Assembly: GCF_009914755.1 (NCBI RefSeq)
Contig: NC_060945.1
DNA: 64,000 nucleotides
From: the human T2T-CHM13v2.0 reference genome, Homo sapiens
Strand: one strand, 5' to 3'
The translations under genes were made by a program, and so were the position numbers. Position 1 is the first letter of the stretch. Every line of letters starts with the position of its first letter. Under the pieces are notes generated by a model. The model searched no databases and was not told the origin of the DNA. It saw nothing but the letters and a program-made list of their open reading frames with translations. Of the stretch, positions 13,942 through 30,993 are shown piece by piece.

Positions 13942-14987
13942 GCCTTTACAATCAGCTATCATCTAAATTACTTTTAATGGAAAGGACTCTGACAAGTTCT
14001 CTTAAATATGGTTTCAGATAACTTTGGGGATCATACCATTGGACTAGGAAAATCTTCCAGGACTCTAAAAAGCTGAATGAGGATTTCCAATTGAAATCAA
14101 GCAAAACACAAAAAACTGAATGAGAATTGCTATTTGAAATCAAGCAGAACAAGATTTAGTTACATTGGACTGAACTTATAAAAGAAGGAAAAGATTTTAT
14201 TCATGGCCCTTCCATTGGAAACATTGTTGATTCTCTTTATGTTTTGTTTTCCAAAGTCAAGAATTTTTTTTCTTTTCAGCTATTTTTAACTTGCCCTACG
14301 TTAGAAAAACTACATTGTGAACAAAAATTTGAGCGATTTATCTGTCTCTCTCACTGATTTCTCCAGAATTCAGAAGCCATTCGTGAGCATTCCTAAATTA
14401 TGGCAATATAATTATTTGCATAATTTCAATAAGAATCTGTTTTTGGTAACAGGATTCAATTGGAGACACTGTTTGTTTTATCAAGGCTTTAACTCGAACG
14501 GCAGATACAACCAGACCACTTTAAGGAATTGAGCTTGACTTTATAGCACCAATGCAAAGCCCCTTAGAATGACTGGCTTGGTGTCTTGTCTACAAGGGTC
14601 CTTTACAAAGTTGCTGTCCTTGTGGTAAGAAGTAAAGAATGTCATTTTCTGACGGGCCCAGGAACCTCAAGTTATTTGGGGACCTTGAGAAGATAGGACT
14701 ACACCCATTCATAAAAGTATTACAGGAGAGCTGGCAAGATGTCTGAATAGGAACAGCTCCGGTCTGCAGCACCCAGTGGGATCAACACAGAAGGCAGGTG
14801 GTTCATGCATTTCCAACTGAGCCTCCACTGGTGATACCCAGGCAAACAGGGTCTGGAGTGGACCTCCAGCAAACTCGAGCAAACCTGCAGCAGAGGGACC
14901 TGACTGGTAGAAGGAAAACTAACAAACATAAAGGAATAGTATCAACATCACCAACATCAAAGTCCAAAGGTAGATAAATCCACAAAG

Positions 14988-16009
14988 ATGGGGAGAAACC
15001 AGTGCAAAAAGGCTGAAAACTCCAAAAACCAGAATGCCTCTTCTCCTCCAGAAGATCACAACTCCCCACAAGCAAGAGAACAAAACTGGACAGACAATGA
15101 GTTTGATGGATTGACAGAAGTAGGCTTCAGAAGGCGGGTAATAACAAACTCCTCCAAGTTAAAGGAGCGTGTTCTAACCCAATGCAAGGAAGCTAAGAGC
15201 CTGAAAAAAAAGGTAGGACGAATTGTTAACTAGAATAACCAGTTTAGAGAAGAATATAAATGACCTGATGGAGCTGAAAAACCCAGCACAAGAACTTCAT
15301 GAAGCATACACAAGTATCAATAGCTGAATCAATCAAGCAGGAGAAAGAATATCAGAGATTGAAGATCAACTCAATGAAATAAAGCAAGAAGAAAAGATTC
15401 GAGAAAAAAGAGTGAAAGAAATGAACAAAGCCTCCAAGAAATAGAGGAATATGTTAAAACACTGAATCTATGTTTGATTCGTGTACATGAAAGTGACAGA
15501 GAGAATGGAACCAAGTTGGAAAACACTCTCAAGGATATTATCCAGGAGAACTTCCCCAACCTAGCAAGACAGGCCAACATTCAAATTCAGGAAATACAGA
15601 GAACACCACTAAGATATTCCTCAAGAAGAGCAACCCCAAGACACAAAATCATCAGATTCACCAAGGTTGAAATGAAGGAAAAAATATAAAGGGCAGCCAG
15701 AGAGAAAGGTTGAGTTACCCACAAAGGGAAGCCCATCAGACTAACAGTGGATCTCTTGGCAGAAAGCCTACAAGCCAGAAGAGAGTGGGGGCCAATATAC
15801 AACATTCCTAAAGAAAAGAATTTTCAAGCCAGAATTTCATATCCAGGCAAACTAAGCTTCATAATTGAAGTAGAAATAAAATCCTTTACAAGCAAATGCT
15901 GAGAGATATTGTCACCACCAGGCCTGCCTTACAAGAACTCCTGAAGGAAGCACTAAACGTGGAAAGGAACAGCTGGTAACAGCCACTGCAAAAACATAAC
16001 AAATTATAA
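14988..16009 (+). pseudogene. L1 ORF1p, frameshifted with stops
   Basis: MGRNQCKKAENSKNQNAS..., ...IIQENFPNLARQANIQIQEIQRTP. Confidence 0.92.
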
Positions 16010-16072
16010 AGACCATTGACACTATGAAAAATCTGCATCAACTAATGAGCAAAATAACCAGCTAGTATCATA

Positions 16073-19000
16073 ATGACAGGATCAAATTCATACATAACAA
16101 TATTAACCTTAAATGTAAATGAGCTAAATGCCCCCAATTGAAAGACACAAACTGGCAAATTGGATAAAGAGTCAAGACCCATCAATGTGCTGTACTCAGG
16201 AGACCAATCTCATACACATAGGCTCAAAATAAAGGGATGGAGGAACATTTACCAAGCAAGTGGAAAGCAACAAAAGGCAGGGGTTGCAATCCTAGTTTCT
16301 GATAAAACAGATCTTAAGCCAACAGAGATCAAAAGAGACAAAGAAGGGCACTACATAATGGTAAAGGGATCAATGCAACAAGAAGAGCTAACTATCCTAG
16401 AGATATATGCACCCAATACAGGAGCACTCAGATTCATAAAGCAAGTTCTTAAAGACCTACAAAGAGACTTAGACTCCCACACAATAATAGTGGGAGACTT
16501 TAACACTCCACTGTCAATATTAGATCAATGAGACAGAAAATTAACAAGAATATCCAGGACTTGAACTCAGTTCTGGACCAAGTGGACCTAAAAGATATCT
16601 ACAGAACTCTCCACCCCAAATCAATAGAATATACCTTCTTCTCAGCACCACATTGCACTTATTCTAAAATTGACCACATAATTGGAAGTAAAACTCTCCT
16701 CAGGAAATGCAAAAGAATGGAAATCATAACAAACAGTCTCTCAGACCACAATGCCTTCAAATTAGTATGCAGGATTAAGAAACTCACTCAAAACCTCACA
16801 ACTACATGGAAACTGGGTAACCTGAACCTGAATGACTACTGGGTAAATAAAGAATTGAAGGCAGAAATAAAAATGTTCTTCGAAACCAATGAGAACAAAG
16901 ACACAACGTCCCAGAATCTCTGGGACACATTTAAAGCAGTGTGTAGAGGGAAATTTATAGCACTAAATGTCCACAAGAGAAAGCAGGAAAGATCTAAAAT
17001 TGACACCTTAACATGAAAATTAAAAGAACTAGAGAAACAAGAACAAACAAATTCAAAAGCTAGCAGAAGACAAGACACAAATAAGATCAGAGCAGAATTG
17101 AAGGAGATAGAGACACGAAAAACCCTTCAAAAAATCAATGAATCCAGGAGCTGGTTTTTTGAAAAGATCAACAAATCAGACCACTAGCCAGACTAATAAA
17201 GAAGAAAAGAGAGAAGAATCAAATAGATGCAATAAAACATGATTAAGGGGATATCACCACTGATCCCACAGAAATACATATTATCATCAGAGAATACTAC
17301 CAAGACTAAACCAGGAAGAAGTGAAATTCCTGAATAGACCAATAACAAGTTCTGAAATTGAGGCATTAATTATAGCCTACCAACCAAAAAAATTCCAGGA
17401 CCAGATGGATTCACAGCCGAATTCTACTAGAGGTACAAAGAGGAGCTGGTACCATTCCTTCTGAAACTATTCCAAACAATAGAAAAAGAGAGAATCCTCC
17501 CTAATTCATTTTATGAGGTCAGCATCACCTTGATACCAAAACCTCGCAGGGACACAACCAAAAAAGAAAACTTTAGACCAATATCCCTGATGAACATTGA
17601 TGCAGAAATCCTGAATAAAATACTGGAAAACTGAATCCAGCAGCACATCAAAAAGCTTGTCCACCATGATCAAGTCGGCTTCACCCCTGGGATGCAAGGG
17701 TGGTTCAACATATGCAAATCAATAAATGTAATCCATCACATAAAGGGAACCAATGACAAAAACTGCATGATTATCTCAATAGATGCAGAAAGAGCCTTTG
17801 ACAAAATTCAACAACCTTTCATGCTAAAAACTCTCAATAAACTGGTATTGATGGAAAGTATCTCAAAATAATAAGTGCTATTTATGACAAACCCACAGCC
17901 AGTAACATACTGAATGTGCAAAAACTGGAAGCATTCCCTTTGAAAATCAGCACAAGACAAGGATACCCTCTCTCACTACTCCTATTCAACATAGTATTGG
18001 AAGTTCTGGCCAGGGCAATCAGGCAAGAGAAAGAAATAAAGGGTATTCAATTAGGAAAAGAGGAAGTCAAATGGTCTCTGTTTGCAGATGACATGATTGT
18101 ATATTTAGAAAACCCCATCATCTCAGCCCAAAATCTCCTTAAGCTGATAAGCAACTTCAGCAGTTTCAGGATACAAAATCAATGTGCAAAAATCACAAGC
18201 ATTCCTATACATCAATAACAGACAAACAGAGAGCCAAGCTGTGAGTGAACTCCCATTCACCATTGCTATAAAAAGAATGAGATACCTAGGAATACAACTT
18301 ACAAGGATGTGAAGGACCTCTTCAAGGAGAACTACAAACCACTCCTCAAGGAAATAAGAGAGGACACAAACAAATGGAAAATCATTCCATGCTCATAGAT
18401 AAGAAGAATCAGTATCGTGAAAGTGACCTACTGCCCAAAGTAATTTATAGATTCACTGCTATCCCCATGAAACTGCCATTGACTTTCTCCACGGAATTGG
18501 AAAAATGTACTTTAAATTTCATATGGAATCAAAAAAGAGCCCGAATAGCCAAGACAATCCTAACCAAAAAGAACAAAGCTGGAAGCATCATGCCACCTGA
18601 CTTCAAACTATACTACAAGCTATGGTAACCAAAACAGCATGGTACTGGTACGAAAACAGATATATAGATCAAAGGAACAGAACAGAGGCCTCAGAAATAG
18701 CACCACACATCTACAACCATCTGATCTTTGACAAACCTGAGAAAAACGAGCACTGGGGAAAGGATTCCCTATTTAATAAATGGTGTTGGGAAAACTGGCT
18801 AGCCATAGGAAGAAAGCTGAAACTGGATCCCTTCCTTACACCTTATACAAAAATTAACTCAAGATGGGTTAAAGACTTAAACATAAGACCTAAAGCCATA
18901 AAAACCGTAGAGGAAAACCTAGGCAATACCATTCAGGACATAGGCATGGGCAAAGACTTCATGACTAAAACACCAAAAACAAAGGCAACAAAAGCCAAAA

Positions 19001-19796
19001 TTGACAAATGGGACCTAATTAAACTAAAGAGTTTCTGGACAGCAAAAGAAACTATCAGAGTGAACGGGCAACCTACAAAATGGGAGAAAATTTTTGCAGT
19101 CTATCCATCTGACAAAGGGCTAATATCCAGAATCTACAAAGAACTTAAACAAATTTGCAAGATAAAACAACCCCATTGAAAAGTGGGCAAAGGATGTGAA
19201 CAGACACTTCTCAAAAGAGGACAATTATGCAACCAACAAACTTATAAAAAAGCTCATCATCACTAGTCATTAGAGAAATGCAAATCAAAACCACAATGAG
19301 ATACCATCTCATGCCAGTTAGAATGGCGAAAATTAAAAAGTCAGGAAACAACAAATACTTGAGAGAGTGTGGAGAAATAGGAAGGCTTTTACACTGTTGG
19401 TGGGAGTGTAAATTAGTTCAACCATTGTGGAAGACAGTGTGGCTATTCCTCAAGGATCTAGAACTAGAAATACCGTTTGGCCCAGCAATCCCATTACTGG
19501 GTATATACCCAAAGGATTATAAATCATTCTACTATAAAGACACATGCACATGTATGTTTATTGCAGGACTGTTCACAATAACAAAGACTTGAAACCAACC
19601 CAAATGCCCATCAATGATAGATTGAATAAAGAAAATGTGGCACATATACACCATGGAATACTATGCAGCCATAAAAAACGATGAGTTCATGTCCTTTGCA
19701 GGGACATGGAAGAAGCTGGAAACCATCATTCTCAGCAAACTAACACAAGAACAGAAAACCAAACACCACATGTTCTCACTCATAAGTGGGAGTTGA
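16073..19796 (+). pseudogene. L1 ORF2p (endonuclease/RT), disrupted
   Basis: EN ([19 protein letters not shown]), RT ([10 protein letters not shown]) and C-terminal CWWECK, in several broken ORFs with a ~70-bp deletion near 17300. Confidence 0.95.
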
Positions 19797-20872
19797 ACAA
19801 TGAGAACACATGGACACAGGGAGGGGAACATCACACACTGGGGCCTGTTGGGGGGTGGGGGCAGGGAGAGGGATAGCATTAGGAGAAATGCCTAATATAG
19901 GTGATGGGTTGATGGGTGCAGCAAACCACTGCAGAATATATATACCTATGTAACAAACCTGCACGTTCTGCACATGTACCCCAGAACTTAAAGTATAATT
20001 TTAAAAAGTAGGTTAAAAAATTATTACAGACACAGTCTGATGCAAATCTTTGACTTGGCTAGCTTCAAGGCTCTTAAAAGATTCCTTATTAAAAATTTCC
20101 AACAAGGCCAATTTTAAGAAGCCTATATGGCCAATAAATATTCTTGCTGCCCTTTATGGAAATAATCAGGCCCGGTATGATAAGACTAAAACTTATTTTG
20201 CATACAAAATTGGTCCTACTATGATTTGTCTTTGATAAAATGATGGACTAGAGAGAAAATTTATGTTCCAAAAGAAAACTATGACATATGCTATTAGATT
20301 CCAACCCTGATCATTGTTTTAGAGTTTTTATTATTTGCCTATAATTTGGGCTGAATCCTGAATTATTTCCTGGCTCCAAGTGTTCCCTAGTGAATCTGAA
20401 TATAATATATTTTTTAAAACTTGTTTTATCCTGTCAGGAATGAGATGTATTTTTGAAGGACTACTTAAACTAGCAATTACAATTCGATTATTATGATTAT
20501 AGAATCTCGGGATTTCTCTTCCTTCTTGTCAAGGTCTTTACCTGATGTTTGTCTCATTAAAAAAAAAATGAGACTGATTACACTCTACTCAAGACTGAAG
20601 ACATGTACTTTAACCTGTCTCTGTTACCAGTAAACCAAAGCCTTAACTTTCAGAGTCTGTCAGGGACCCTGTGTGGTCCCTGGATCAACCACCCATGGGC
20701 TTATGAATGTGTTGACCGCTGGCATATGAGAAGTAATTGTCTATTAGTTTATGTGACTTTTCCTCTTTCTATTTATAACTCCAATGTTTCTGAACACTGA
20801 AGTAGTTCATCGAAATTACTTGACAGGATTAGACAAACCATACCTGCAAACCAAGGAGGTGAATTTTGGCCA

Positions 20873-21115
20873 ATGTTTGGCAGAAGTCACTTGCAATGGT
20901 GGGGAGTAACCTCTCATGAACGTATAATTAGAAATCTGTCAACCACTCTAGGTAAATTAGCGAATGAACTAGCTGAAGCCATAGCTACCAAACAAAGATC
21001 TTTAGACGCTTTAGCCAGGATAGTCATCGATGACGGAATAACTTTAGGCTGCATAGTGGTGAAACAGGGAGAAACTTATATGGCAGCTAGCTAACACATC
21101 ATGTTGTGTTTAGAT
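20873..21115 (+). pseudogene. env: ERV env transmembrane subunit remnant (heptad repeat and ISD region)
   Basis: IRNLSTTLGKLANELAEAIATKQRSLDALARIVIDD...QG...AAS, then TSCCV in a shifted frame. Resembles the gamma-type TM ISD-CX6CC segment. Confidence 0.7.
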
Positions 21116-21189
21116 CCATACATCTTCTGAAGTTGAAACACATGTAAAAAAATAAGACGATATGAGAATTAATTATGACAAATCCTAGG

Positions 21190-21719
21190 GAAGAGGCTGA
21201 AAGAGCTGTAACACAAACAGGGCTGAGTCATGCCCCTTGCTTCCCACATTGTGGGCAAAGAGAAGGAAACAAGAGCTGTGACCCTTTGGGAAGCCCAGAC
21301 CTGGGAGCTCCCCGAGCCAGGGCTGTGATTCCCTCTTTGGGGCCCTGTGGTTCCTGGTATCTCCAAGCTTCCGGGTGCCACTGTGTTCCCAGTGTGCCAG
21401 CTGCGGAAGCTGCTTGCGGTGCCCGTGGTCCAGCCACAGACTTGTGGAGAGCTGGCACCCATGTTGGCACCTGGAGCTACCTGCCCCACTGCAGCAGCCA
21501 GGAAGTCTGACTGCACAGTGGCCAGACCCCATGCTTGCTCACACACCCCTTGCCACTCCACGCAGTCTCCCTTGGCAAACATGGGATCCAACCTGGTAGC
21601 ATGAGCTGAGCACAGCCTGCCAGGCTGAGTGGGCGGGGCCCAAGCAAAACTCAGGTAAAGGTGCCACCAGCCATAGAGGTTTCTGTCCAGAAAAGTGACA
21701 CTCCAAAGATCCCGTAACA
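21190..21719 (+). mobile_element. MER52 LTR, 3' portion
   Basis: GAGCTGTAACACAAAC...GGAGCTCCCCGAGCCAGGGCTGTGA...GATCCCGTAACA, homologous to the reverse complement of 37924-38450. Confidence 0.8.
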
Positions 21720-25456
<3,737 letters not shown>

Positions 25457-25773
25457 TTGTTTTTTGTTTTTTTGTTTTTGTTTATTTTTGGAGACAGACT
25501 CTCTCTCTGTTGCCCAGGCTGGAGTGCAGTGGTGCAATCTTGGCTTACTACAAGCTCTGCCTTCTGGGTTCATGCCATTCTCCTGCCTCAGCCGAGTAGC
25601 TGGGACTACAGGTGCCCACCACCATGCCCAGCTAATTTTTGGTTTTTGTATTTTTAGTAGAGACGGGGTTTCACCGTGTTAGCCAGGATGGTCTCGATCT
25701 CCTGACCTTGTGATCCACCCAACTCGGCCTCCCAAAGTGCTGGGATTACAGGCATGAGCCACGGCGCCTGGCC
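25457..25773 (-). mobile_element. AluY/Sc-like element
   Basis: Antisense Alu with TSD TGTATCC(C/A)ATAGGTTT. Confidence 0.9.
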
Positions 25774-25904
25774 TGTATCCAATAGGTTTTGTTTTGACTT
25801 TAAAGTTTTTCTCTTCTCAAAAACTCAGTGTCATGTTACTGGCTTCTAGAGCTTTGGGCAGTGAGACCCTTTTACGTGATAACAGTGGTAGCTGGGACAA
25901 CTTG

Positions 25905-26200
25905 GCAATGTAAATAAATAAACGGCATCTAGATTGGAAAGGAAGAAGTACAGTTATCTTTATGTACAGATGACATGATCTTGCATTTAGAAAATCATAA
26001 GAAATTTACTAAAAAGTGTTAGGACTCATGAACAAATTTTGGAATGTAACACTATATAAGATTGGTATACAAAAATAACTGTATTTCTTTACCAAGAAAT
26101 CAAGAATCCAAAAATGGGATTACAAAAATAAATCTTGTTACAATATAATTAAAGCTGGGGTAACTTTAACATAAGAAGCTTAAACTTGAACACTAAAAAC
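25905..26200 (+). mobile_element. Old L1 ORF2 fragment
   Basis: GGAAAGGAAGAAGTA...ACAGATGACATGATC (DDMI motif region). Confidence 0.65.
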
Positions 26201-26729
26201 TACAATGCATGGTTAGTGTTGGAAACACCCAGGTACCATCCCTGAGCCTTCTCTCCTTGGCTCTGAGGACTTTACCTTCACGGGGTGAGGAAAGGGTTTG
26301 CATTCTTGGCTTTTACGTTATAGTAGGTGGGTTCGGGGTGAGGTATCTGCAAGTCAAATGAGTATTACAATCTCTACTTTTATGTATAGGAGACTGGGGC
26401 CCACAAAGAGAGGGAATGACAATCCATATCCTGGAAGGCGAATTGTCAGGCACTGATTTCCCCTATGTAAACCCTGCCAATCATCGTGTATTTAAAGGAT
26501 CCCCGGATACCTTACCAATAGGTGTTCAAGAGAGAGGACTGTAATCTAGGTGTCTGAGAAAGCAAGGCTAGAGATTCCAATATTGGAGACAACAGGGCTC
26601 TGGGAAGATTAAGGTTGAGTTTTCTGGATCTGCAGAATAGAGTCACTGAGGAGCAATTGCAAGTTCAGAGGAGATGAAAGAACAAGTCAGGGCATGCTTA
26701 GGAAAAGAGAAAACCAGGGATAGATTTTA

Positions 26730-27090
26730 GGCAAGAGTCACACTGAGGAAGGGCAGGTTCTTGGCGTCGCTCAGGAAGGAATCCAAAAGCAAGCCTGTGG
26801 TGGAATAAAGCAGCTCTATGGAGGCATTGGCGGTGTTACAGCCCTGCGTCCGCTCCTGCAGGGCAGGGAGCCCTCTGTGGGTTGTGCTCCCAGAGTAGCA
26901 GCCTAGGGGTGGCTTGTAGTCATTTTTATAATTCACTTTTAATGACATGCTAATTAAGGGGCGGGTTACTCAGAAATAGCTAGAAATGGGCAGTAACTTC
27001 CAGCTGTTTCCATGGCAAGGGGTGGGGACTTCCTGTGTTGCCATGGCACTGGCAAACTGTCATGGCGCTGGTGGGAGCATCTTCTGGTTA
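26730..27090 (-). mobile_element. ERV1 LTR fragment (MER50-like)
   Basis: CCCAGAGTAGCAGC...ATTAAGGGGCGG...GTTGCCATGGCA...AAACTGTCATGGCGCTGGTGGG. Confidence 0.6.
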
Positions 27091-27709
27091 TCTGAGGCGT
27101 GAAGTGCTTTCGCTGCCTCTCCCAGTTTCCTCTGTGCCTCTTACCTGAAAGCCCTTCACACCCCCATCTACCCACCTACAAAGTTCACTGCCCTTTCACC
27201 CCACACCCGTTTCACACGCACTCCCACATCAACCCCAAGCATTCAAGCTGGCAATTTCCCTGTTAGGAACCTCGGTGGTAGCCGGAGCTCTGAAAAACCC
27301 CTAGGCAGAACTCCTTGCCTAGTTTGTGGCAGAAATCAGGGAAGGAAAGGCAAAGTTCAGGTATTTCGCACAATAAATAAATAAAGATAGGTAGATTTGA
27401 CTGATGGATGGATGGATGAAACGTGGGAGTTTATGGGCAAATGTTCATCAGACACTGGAAGTGTAAGTTGTCACAAAGATTATGGAGTGCACTTGTCTTA
27501 TGACCCTGTTATTTTATCCTAGTATATACACTAGAGCAATTTTTTCTAACTGTGTAAATTGAAAGCTCACAAATTAGCTTCGTGAGAGAAAAGATAACAG
27601 ATTGGAAGAGAATTACCATATTCATTAGTTGTGTTTTTAAAAATTTAAAGTAAAATAGAGACATGATTTTTTTCATGCTTTCGAATGCATCTATAAAAAA
27701 TAGACTTGA

Positions 27710-28146
<437 letters not shown>

Positions 28147-28199
28147 TTAAGTCCGGGTCTCCAGGTAACTGGACTCACTGCTGGGCAAAACAGAATGTC

Positions 28200-28810
28200 T
28201 GGCGTGCGTTCCTAACGGGGGACCGCAGAGCCTCATAGGAAATGTAGTGTCACCTTCCAATGATGTTTACCATCAAGGACCTTGGGAACCAGGTTTTCTC
28301 TCTACGCATGTGCCACCCCGCCCACTTCGCCATTTTCCTCCGGAAGTGCGGATCCCAGCGGTGGTCGTGTAGCTGAGCAGGCCTGGGGCTTGGTTCTATG
28401 TCCCTGTGGGTAGGTGCGAGGGCGAGGAGGAACCTGTGGGCCTCGGGGGATCCCGGGGGTCCAGACCAGTGTTCCCCATTTGTGGGGGCAGACGCGTGGG
28501 CGCATCGCGGGCAGGAGGGGCCTGACGTGCATTTGCGGGCCGTGGACCCTGGCGGGGGCTGGGAGGACAGACGTGGGGTCCCAGCAGTGAAGCGGGTTCC
28601 AGAGGCGCAGGAGTGGGTAGGCGAGGCTGGTGGCCCTGGGCCCGGAGTCTGCAGGCCGCGCTCCTGTCCTGCCGCTGAGGGACCCGGTTACCAACCCTCA
28701 TGTAGCTCAGTTTGCCCATCTGTCCCCGTGCTAACACACAGTTCTCGGGAGACGTTCCCCATTCCCAGAGGAGTAGTGCGAAATGCGTGTGCCTCTAGTC
28801 TTAAGCTGGG
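28200..28810 (+). promoter_or_regulatory. CpG-rich Pol II promoter and first-intron island
   Basis: Local GC/CpG enrichment outside repeats. YY1-like CGCCATTTT (28328) next to ETS/GABPA CCGGAAGTG (28340). NRF1-like ACGCATGTGC (~28303). Confidence 0.75.
28340..28409 (+). ncRNA. Candidate exon 1 of a spliced non-coding transcript (start approximate)
   Basis: Begins at the ETS/YY1 core and ends at donor GTGG|GTAGGT. Confidence 0.6.
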
Positions 28811-29574
28811 CGTTTGTATTAGTTGGGTTTCCTGGTGTCTATTTAGCAAGTGAAGTTTCTGGTTCCCTCCTTCACTGTGTGACCTGCCTAGTCCTCCTGG
28901 ATTGCATTTATGGAAGTTTATAGAGACCTAGTTTCCATGGAGGAACTCACTGATTCCGCCAGGGAGATGGGGTACTGGATGATGGTCTTCAGCCTTAAGG
29001 GTACTTCAGTCTTAACTGTGTGTTATAAAGTTTGAAAGGGAGGGTTCCCTAAGAATAAGAAGCGCACTTGAAAGAACAGCCCTGTGGTCTAACCTCTCAC
29101 TGGTGCTTCAGAGGAGGATAAAAGGTCGCAGGTGAAGATCCCAGTTTTCCTCGCTCAGGAAATATTAATTCTACTCCCTGGAATGCACAAGATTTGCAAA
29201 GACTAGGTGATAGTGGAAGGTTTGGAAGAACTTTCAGAAGGTTGAGGTGAATTCAGCTGAGAAGAACAGGCAAGGACCTAGGAAATATTCCTTATTTGAA
29301 GGGGCCTGAAAGTGTGGTCTGGGGTGCAGGAGTGACCTGTCATACTTGAAAAGATTGAAATACTCTCCAAATACAGTCCCATTCCTTCAAACTTACCTTG
29401 TTGTTTCCAGTGTCTGAGATATATTAAACCTAGTCCATCACCAAATATAGCATAGATTGTGAAGTTCTATTGGTTGCATTTGATTTGTAATTTAAGACTT
29501 TCTCCCCCTACATAATTTCGTTAAAAACATTGAATTCTATTCACTTAGGTGTAACAGTTAATATTTGCTGTTTA

Positions 29575-30010
29575 AGGAACTAATTAAACCTTACTAGCTT
29601 ATAAAAAACAACCACCATTTTATTTGTTTGAAGTTCTGTGGATCTGCATTTTGGTGTGGTGGGTTCAGCTGTGTAGTTGATATATTTGTGTTGCCTGGAT
29701 CACAAAACAGGCCTTAGTCACCTGGTGTCTTGACTGAGCCTGGTTGGTTTAAGATAGTTTCCTTCACAATCTGGTGGTTTGTGGTGACTCTTGGCTAGGC
29801 CCTGTGTCTCCAACAGGGTAGCTCCAGACCTCTTCACAATATGACTGTGTCCAAAAAGGCAAGAACCAATGGATATTTGCATCACATTTTCCATTGTCCA
29901 TTCACTGGACAAGTCAGATGGAAAAGCCCAATTTATTGTCAGAGCATAATATGAGGGCTTGGATACAGGGAAAGATGTTATTGGGAAACATGAGTAGAAT
30001 CGTGTACTGT
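29575..30010. mobile_element. Old MaLR (MLT1-like) LTR remnant
   Basis: Degenerate AAAACAACCACCATTTTATT...TTCTGTGG and CATTGTCCATT...GACAAGTCA text typical of MLT1. Confidence 0.45.
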
Positions 30011-30541
30011 AGGAAATACATATTATGTACATTTTAAAAAACGTAGGCCAAAATTGCTGGGTTGCAAGATGCACTTTCCATGATGTTGAGGTATAGAAAA
30101 GCAAGATGTACTGTCATGGGAATACTCATATGAAGTTATTTGTGGAATCCACATATTAATAGGAAAATGGTTAATACAGCCCAGTATATTTCTATAACAT
30201 TTATTTTAGTGAACTTATAATGTTTCTTTGTATTAAATTATTAGATTATATCTTTAGGTAATATTGTTGCTAAATTAGTAGGTAATACATATTTTTATTC
30301 AAAAATAAATTGTGCATCTAATGTCTACCAATTAATGTACTTGTAGATGTATCTTATCTTAACTTGAGTCTTTGCTGCCACTAATGAGGTGTGAAGGACT
30401 CTTCTCCCATGGGGAAGTTTTTCTTTTTCCGGAGGGAGGAGGGCTTTTCCAGGTAATGTGTCTAGAGTGTTGGGCAGAAGAATCTGGGACCACACCTCAC
30501 CAGTTCTCTCCTTAATCGACGTCATTTGCCTTCTCTTCCAG

Positions 30542-30600
30542 CTATGTTTCCAGTGTCCTCTGGGTGTTTCCAAGAGCAACAAGAAACGAATAAATCTCTG
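30542..30600 (+). ncRNA. Candidate exon 2 (59 nt)
   Basis: Acceptor TTTGCCTTCTCTTCCAG| and consensus donor CTG|GTGAGT. Confidence 0.65.
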
Positions 30601-30993
30601 GTGAGTTGTTTATTTGTTCTTCACTTTGTTTTACACTGTATTTTCTGAGTTTATGGGTGTCTGTGAATTAAAAAGGAAAAGTGGAAATAAGTAAAACTCA
30701 GGTTGAAGGAAATATACATAAATAAGATAAAGCTGACCTGTAGATATAGACAGGTTATAAAAGCTTAGAGTTGTCTAAGTTGAGTGCAAAGTTTCCTCTG
30801 ATCTTTCTGATGCCGAAACAAAAAAGGCAGTCATGTTTGTTACGTGATTGGAATGGAACCCGAAAAGAGAGCACGCTGTATTCTTGTGGGACAGGAAAGC
30901 TTGTGTGCACCAAGTCTTAACCACCACCTTCATTGGTGACATAGATTATGTGCTGGAACATATTTCACACCGGTCTGGCAGTAAGCACTTGTA

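Larger units (their letters stand above)
14726..20016 (+). mobile_element. Near full-length L1PA (PA7-like) with a shortened, apparently spliced 5'UTR
   Basis: 5' GAGAGCTGGCAAGATG...GAACAGCTCCGGTCTGCAG, then ORF1, ORF2 and 3'UTR. TSD AAAA(G/T)TATTACAG at 14713-14725 and 20017-20029. Confidence 0.95.

Noticed and set aside
14726-20016. Potentially active L1
   Set aside because: ORF1 and ORF2 have multiple stops, frameshifts and a deletion, and most of the 5'UTR promoter is missing.
28302-28853. Overlapping 113-151 aa ORFs in the CpG island
   Set aside because: GC-rich sequence is poor in stop codons. The + strand ORF reads through the splice donor and no domain is recognisable.
28340-30600. 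Assigning a gene symbol or chromosome to the candidate transcript
   Set aside because: It resembles multi-copy pericentromeric lncRNA loci, but paralogs cannot be identified or distinguished without a database search.
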